From Reclinomonas americana ATCC 50394 (lineage: Eukaryota), in assembly GCA_048213135.1 (NCBI GenBank), contig PS015009.1, forward strand, positions 1,984,001 to 2,048,000: DNA of 64,000 bases, in the 5' to 3' direction. Below are positions 59,451 to 64,000 of the stretch, piece by piece. Numbering within the stretch: the stretch's first letter is position 1; every line of letters begins with the position of its first letter. The position numbers were made by a program, and so were the translations under genes. The notes under the pieces were generated by a model. That model was not told the origin of the DNA. It saw nothing but the letters and a program-made list of their open reading frames with translations, and searched no databases.

Positions 59451-59516
59451 ATCCGCTTTTCGTTTTGGTAGTGACGAAAGATACACAGGAAAAGCCAAAT
59501 ACGTATTATGAGAAGG

Positions 59517-60179
59517 CTAAATATCCAAGTAGTTCATCAGGTGGCGGTAATTCCTGTGGATCTCGTTCTCAAAGTTTTCATCACCAAAATAGTAGATCAC
59601 ATCATATTCATAACGTTCAAAAGTAGCTACAATGGCAGAGATCTCTTTTTTATTGATGTGGATGGTGATCGTGAGCATGCCGGTATCTGTGTGTACGGTG
59701 GTATTCAGGTGCAGGATGGTGGCGTCGTTGCTTTCCACGATGCGGCTGATCTCTGAAATGGCGAACTGGCTTCTTTCCATCTCCAGAACAATGATGCCGC
59801 CGATCTCGTTGGTGCCGGCAAAGTTACCCAATGCTTTCAGCAGGTCGCTGGTGATGATGGAGCCCATAAACTCCCGGTCTTCACCAACTACGGGTACAAC
59901 GGTACTGTCAAATTCATTGCTGTATTTAACCGCGTTGAGGAAATGTTCATTTTCGGAAACGGCGGAAGGCAGCAAGGTATCCTGCAAAAATTCAATGGGC
60001 ATTTTGGTTTCTTCTACATCCAGCAGGTCTTCTTCACTTACAAGGCCCAGGAATTTATCGTCGGCGATAACGGGTAAATGGGTAACGCGGTAATCATTGA
60101 TCAGTTGCAATGCCTTACTTGCGGTATCCTGTAACTGTAAACAGGGAATGCTATTATTAATAAGCTCTACGGTCAGCAT
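59517..60179 (-). CDS. CBS-domain protein
   Basis: HLPVI..FLGLVSEEDL; ISRIVESN; ATFERYEY. Confidence 0.88.
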   Translation of the reverse strand: MLTVELINNSIPCLQLQDTASKALQLINDYRVTHLPVIADDKFLGLVSEEDLLDVEETKMPIEFLQDTLLPSAVSENEHFLNAVKYSNEFDSTVVPVVGEDREFMGSIITSDLLKALGNFAGTNEIGGIIVLEMERSQFAISEISRIVESNDATILHLNTTVHTDTGMLTITIHINKKEISAIVATFERYEYDVIYYFGDENFENEIHRNYRHLMNYLDI

Positions 60180-60254
60180 ATATCACTTTGCTTTTATTGT
60201 TTTTATGACAATAACGGAAAAGATCTGTTTAAATTATAAGGACAAAATAATTTG

Positions 60255-61031
60255 TTAAACCGTTGCAGCGGGGGTTTTTAATTTTGCAATGAACTCACCC
60301 AAAATTTTGTTAAACTCAACGGGCACTTCCATCATAGGTGCATGGCCGCACTTGTCTACAAAATGCAGTTCGCTGTTGGGTATGAGGCGGTGAAATTCTT
60401 TGCCTACAAATGGGGGCGTTATGGTATCGTTGTTACCCCAGATCAGGCAGGCAGGTTGTTTGATCTGGCTCAGTTCTTCACCCAGGTTATTGCGGATAGC
60501 GCTTTTGGCCAGTGCAATGATCTTGATCACTTTTAACCGGTTGTTGGTGATCTCGAATACTTCATTCACCAGTTCGTCGGTAGCCATGGCCGGATCATAA
60601 AAAGTGAGTTCGGTTTTTTTGCGGATGTATTCCCTGTCGCCGCGTTTGGGATAGGTATCACCCATGCCGTTTTCAAAAAGACCGGAGCTGCCGGTAAGAA
60701 TAAGCGATTTGATGCGTTCAGGATGCTTGAGAATATATACCAGTGCCACATGTCCGCCCAGGGAATTACCCAGGAGGTGAATGTCGTTATACTGGCGGTG
60801 TTCGATAAAACGTTGTACAAATTTCTGGAGTCCTCCAACAGATGTATGCAGCAGGTCGAGGTCCAGTAAAGGCAACATGGGTACGATTACCTTATTGGTA
60901 TGGCGAAAGTGTTCTATTAAAGGTTGAAAGTTACTCAGGGCACCAAACAAACCATGCAATAACATCAGCGGTTCACCCTCTCCCTCTTCTATAAACTTAA
61001 ATTTTCCGTCTTGTTTTATTTCGTAGCTCAT
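60255..61031 (-). CDS. Alpha/beta fold hydrolase
   Basis: LHGLFG, GNSLGG and CGHAPMME motifs. Confidence 0.92.
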   Translation of the reverse strand: MSYEIKQDGKFKFIEEGEGEPLMLLHGLFGALSNFQPLIEHFRHTNKVIVPMLPLLDLDLLHTSVGGLQKFVQRFIEHRQYNDIHLLGNSLGGHVALVYILKHPERIKSLILTGSSGLFENGMGDTYPKRGDREYIRKKTELTFYDPAMATDELVNEVFEITNNRLKVIKIIALAKSAIRNNLGEELSQIKQPACLIWGNNDTITPPFVGKEFHRLIPNSELHFVDKCGHAPMMEVPVEFNKILGEFIAKLKTPAATV

Positions 61032-61155
61032 CCGTTAGTTGTGTGGTCAAACGTCAATTGGTTGCAAAATAATTGATTTAGGGCAAAAAACCCGGTTTTA
61101 CAGGCAAAGATATGCATCCTGCGGGTTAGTGCCGGAGCAGCCAGCACCGTGATTT

Positions 61156-62373
61156 TCAGGATTTTGCCTCCCGGAACAGCAGTTGCAGGTATCTTTTGCG
61201 TATAGGTCTCAAAAAATACAGGAGCAAACCGGTGCCGGTACCGATACACAGCGTGGTGGCCAGGTGCGGCTGGTAATACTCCAGCCCGGCGAGCAAAAGC
61301 CCCAACCGGGCCAGCTCCAGGTAAAAGATCCAGGACCTTTGTTCGAGAATGGCGCCCGTATTGATGAGGCTCACGAGTATAAAGGCACCGAGCAGGAGCA
61401 AGATTGTGGAAGACAGCGTCTCATACCTGTAAATAACGAAGAACAGGAGCAGGAGCGAGAGGCCGGTTTGAAGGGTGATGTATACCCGGTGTGTTGCTGT
61501 GGGCTGCAGGAAACTGCGTTTGCGCTGCAGTTTTTTTTCCAGTGCTGCTCTTATCCTGGGATCCAACGCATCGGGACGGCCAAAAAGCAGTTTCAGCCGG
61601 TTTACCAATCCCGGGGTCCTTTTTATGGCTACCAGCAATTCAAGCGGGTAATGAAAATGCTGCCAGAGGAAACTGTAGCTGTCCAGTGGTTTGGTGAGCC
61701 CGTAAACAGGTTGTTCTTTTTCTTCCGTAAAAGTTCCAAACAGCTTATCCCAGATGATGAGGATGTCGCCGTAGTTCTTATCCAGGTATTGTGGATTGGA
61801 AGAATGATGCACCCGGTGATGTGACGGAGTAACGAAAATGTATTCAAACCAGCCCAGTTTCCCAATGGCCTGTGTATGGATGAAAAAGGGGTAAATACCG
61901 TGTATGAGCAGGAAAATGCTGATCATGGCGGGAGGAAAACCGGCAAGCGGCAACAATCCCCAGAACAGGCAGCGTATGGCCGATTGGAAAACGGTGATGC
62001 GGGCCGATACCGTATAGTTAAAATCTTCACTCTGGTGATGCACCACATGCGCCGCCCAGAAAACATTGATCTCGTGCGCCAGGCGGTGATACCAGTACCA
62101 AACCAGGTCGGTGAGCAGGAAGATACCGATCCATGTCCATATACCAGGTGAAAAATGCCACAGGGCATAGTGTTCGTAAATGTATACAAAGAAGTAGTAG
62201 AACGGCGCCATGGTAATGATGTCCAGCAAACGTTCGGCAATACCTACATTGATATTGGCTACCGACTCCGCGAAACGGAACAGGTTCCGGCCTTTTCTCC
62301 TGGCATAATAATATTCAAGGCCCATAAAGAAGAGAAACAACGGAATGGCAAAAGCGATATAGGAAGGATGCAT
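61156..62373 (-). CDS. Sterol desaturase / alkylglycerol monooxygenase-like fatty acid hydroxylase
   Basis: His boxes YWYHRLAH, HVVHH and HHRVHH. Confidence 0.9.
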   Translation of the reverse strand: MHPSYIAFAIPLFLFFMGLEYYYARRKGRNLFRFAESVANINVGIAERLLDIITMAPFYYFFVYIYEHYALWHFSPGIWTWIGIFLLTDLVWYWYHRLAHEINVFWAAHVVHHQSEDFNYTVSARITVFQSAIRCLFWGLLPLAGFPPAMISIFLLIHGIYPFFIHTQAIGKLGWFEYIFVTPSHHRVHHSSNPQYLDKNYGDILIIWDKLFGTFTEEKEQPVYGLTKPLDSYSFLWQHFHYPLELLVAIKRTPGLVNRLKLLFGRPDALDPRIRAALEKKLQRKRSFLQPTATHRVYITLQTGLSLLLLFFVIYRYETLSSTILLLLGAFILVSLINTGAILEQRSWIFYLELARLGLLLAGLEYYQPHLATTLCIGTGTGLLLYFLRPIRKRYLQLLFREAKS

Positions 62374-62494
62374 ATTATTAGTCTACTTTTTTAGTAGACT
62401 AAACAAAGGTAGCGAAAAGTAACCAATAGGACAGGAGGGATAAATAAATGAAGGAATGAATGAAGGAGGGAAGGAATGAAAGAAGGAACACCAT

Positions 62495-63022
62495 TCAGGA
62501 AGCCAGTTTTCCGAAGAAGGTCTCCAGCTCGGTAAACATGCCTTTGAACCAGGGAATGACGGTTCCGAAACCATCAATCACTTTTGGACCCCAGGGCTGT
62601 ATATAGGCATAGGTTTGGGAGGACTGAATAACATGGGGTTGCAGCAAATGTATTTTCTCTGCATAAAAAAGAAAGATGCTGAAAATGATTGTATACAGTA
62701 CCGCGTAAAAAACAATACCTCCCAGGCGGTTCACCCAGCCCATCATAACGGCCTGAACGGTTTTTTCAATCAATCGTGCGCCCAGGCGTACGAGCAGCAC
62801 CACCACAAAAAATACGACGATAAAAGCGATGAAAGGCAGCCATTTGGCGGATATGCTGGTACTGTTACCCAGCCAGGCGGCCACCGCGGTGGACAGCTTC
62901 AACGCGGCGGCCAGGCCAACAATAAATGCGATAAGTGAAAAGACAGCAATGATAAGCCCGTTCCGTATACCTTTGAAACAGGCGAGTACAATGATCACCG
63001 CGAAGATGATGTCGATAAACAT
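62495..63022 (-). CDS. CvpA family (colicin V production) membrane protein
   Basis: IDII...FKGIRNGLI...NRLGG. Confidence 0.88.
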   Translation of the reverse strand: MFIDIIFAVIIVLACFKGIRNGLIIAVFSLIAFIVGLAAALKLSTAVAAWLGNSTSISAKWLPFIAFIVVFFVVVLLVRLGARLIEKTVQAVMMGWVNRLGGIVFYAVLYTIIFSIFLFYAEKIHLLQPHVIQSSQTYAYIQPWGPKVIDGFGTVIPWFKGMFTELETFFGKLAS

Positions 63023-63049
63023 GAGTTGTTTTAACCGGCTGACCGTATG

Positions 63050-63502
63050 TTATTGGGCAAGCAGTTCTTTTACAATGGCGCTGATGGTTTTTCCATCTGC
63101 CTGGCCGGCAAGTTGCTTGCTGGCAACGCCCATCACTTTACCCATATCGGCAGGAGAGGAAGCGCCGGTATCGGCAATGATTTTGGCAACTGCTTCTTTG
63201 ATCTCGGCCTCACCCAGTTGTTTGGGCAGAAATTTTTCGATCACGGCCATTTCCTCTTTTTCTTTTTCTGCCAGGTCGGCACGGCCCTGCTGTTCAAATA
63301 TTTCCAGTGAGTCGCGGCGCTGTTTCATCATCTTCTGCAAAAACTTCTGCTCGGTAGCTTCATCGATCTCGCCATGAGCACCGGGCTCTGTCTTGGCTTT
63401 GATGATCTCTGCTTTAATAGCCCTTAATCCGCGTAAAACCGCTTCATTCTTGCTTTTCATGGCCTCTTTCATTTCGGCCATTATGTTTTGTTCTAAACTC
63501 AT
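63050..63502 (-). CDS. GatB/YqeY domain protein
   Basis: MKEAMKSK...KQRRDS...FLPKQL...DMGKVMG. Confidence 0.93.
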   Translation of the reverse strand: MSLEQNIMAEMKEAMKSKNEAVLRGLRAIKAEIIKAKTEPGAHGEIDEATEQKFLQKMMKQRRDSLEIFEQQGRADLAEKEKEEMAVIEKFLPKQLGEAEIKEAVAKIIADTGASSPADMGKVMGVASKQLAGQADGKTISAIVKELLAQ

Positions 63503-63512
63503 GGTATAATTT

Positions 63513-63857
63513 TTATTGTTGTTCGCGGACTTGTTTGGCCCGGAAATTGTCAAAGAATTGTTTGGCGAATTTCTTCATATCATCACTCATGTCTTCATAC
63601 TTGGTCGCTCTCTTAAACGTGTCGGCCATGCTCATCAGCATCTGGTAATAGAAATCAGCCATTTCGTCAACCATCATATCTTTTGTCCAGAGATCGATGC
63701 GGAGGGCCGATTTATCTTCCGCGTCCCAGAAGGCAATGCACATGGCTTTAGCTTTCTGCGCCATATCGGCACTGCTGTCGGTGGCCTGCCAGGTGATTTG
63801 TTCAGGTATCTTATCCGGGTCCAGTAAAACGTCGATCTTTATCGTTGACTTGTTCAT
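63513..63857 (-). CDS. gldC: Gliding motility protein GldC
   Basis: IPEQITWQA...ALRIDLWTKDMMVDEM. Confidence 0.9.
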   Translation of the reverse strand: MNKSTIKIDVLLDPDKIPEQITWQATDSSADMAQKAKAMCIAFWDAEDKSALRIDLWTKDMMVDEMADFYYQMLMSMADTFKRATKYEDMSDDMKKFAKQFFDNFRAKQVREQQ

Positions 63858-63895
63858 GTTGCAGCTTTAATGATGAGTTGCAAAATTAAATGAAT

Positions 63896-64000
63896 TTAGC
63901 CATTGACGGCCTGTAAAATAAGCCGGTTGAGGATGCCGGCGGCATTGGTCATATGATGCTCCCGAACCTGTTCCCTGCCCGCCTGTATGAGCCTGTCCCT
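63896..64000 (-). CDS. C-terminal fragment of a gene entering from the right edge (glycosyltransferase-like tail)
   Basis: RDRLIQAGREQVREHHMTNAAGILNRLILQAVNG*; only 34 residues visible. Confidence 0.4.
   Translation of the reverse strand, partial: RDRLIQAGREQVREHHMTNAAGILNRLILQAVNG

Overview
A 64 kb chromosomal window from a Bacteroidota bacterium, most likely Chitinophagaceae. The assignment rests on TAnnTTTG -7 promoter motifs, gldC/gldH, T9SS C-terminal domains and a stand-alone pheS. Most of the window is housekeeping: an RND efflux pump, pheS, an lpxD-like gene, yicC-gldH, DUF6089-uppS-bamA-ompH-ompH-murI, rpmH-rnpA-yidD, SOD, tadA, dusB, cdsA-psd, a two-component pair and nadK. Accessory content includes an arsR-arsM-arsC operon and a ~10 kb mostly minus-strand tract (9.2-19.8 kb). 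That tract holds arr, a gluzincin, a 21-bp repeat array beside a divergent XRE regulator, a HEPN-motif gene and a membrane-anchored LuxR operon. Elsewhere are a T9SS-secreted DUF4838-like protein inside the uppS/bamA locus, a GxxExxY gene, and an unusual signal-peptide-bearing 'mini-RHS' HExxH toxin with a lipoprotein partner. No tRNA, rRNA, CRISPR array, transposase, integrase or reverse transcriptase was recognised. Two genes carry single-base homopolymer frameshifts. The strongest novelty candidates are the mini-RHS pair, the Cys-heptad repeat locus, a candidate sRNA behind a DnaA-box-containing intergenic region and an unannotated secreted Cys/Lys peptide. Family assignments come from motif recognition by eye, not from database searches.
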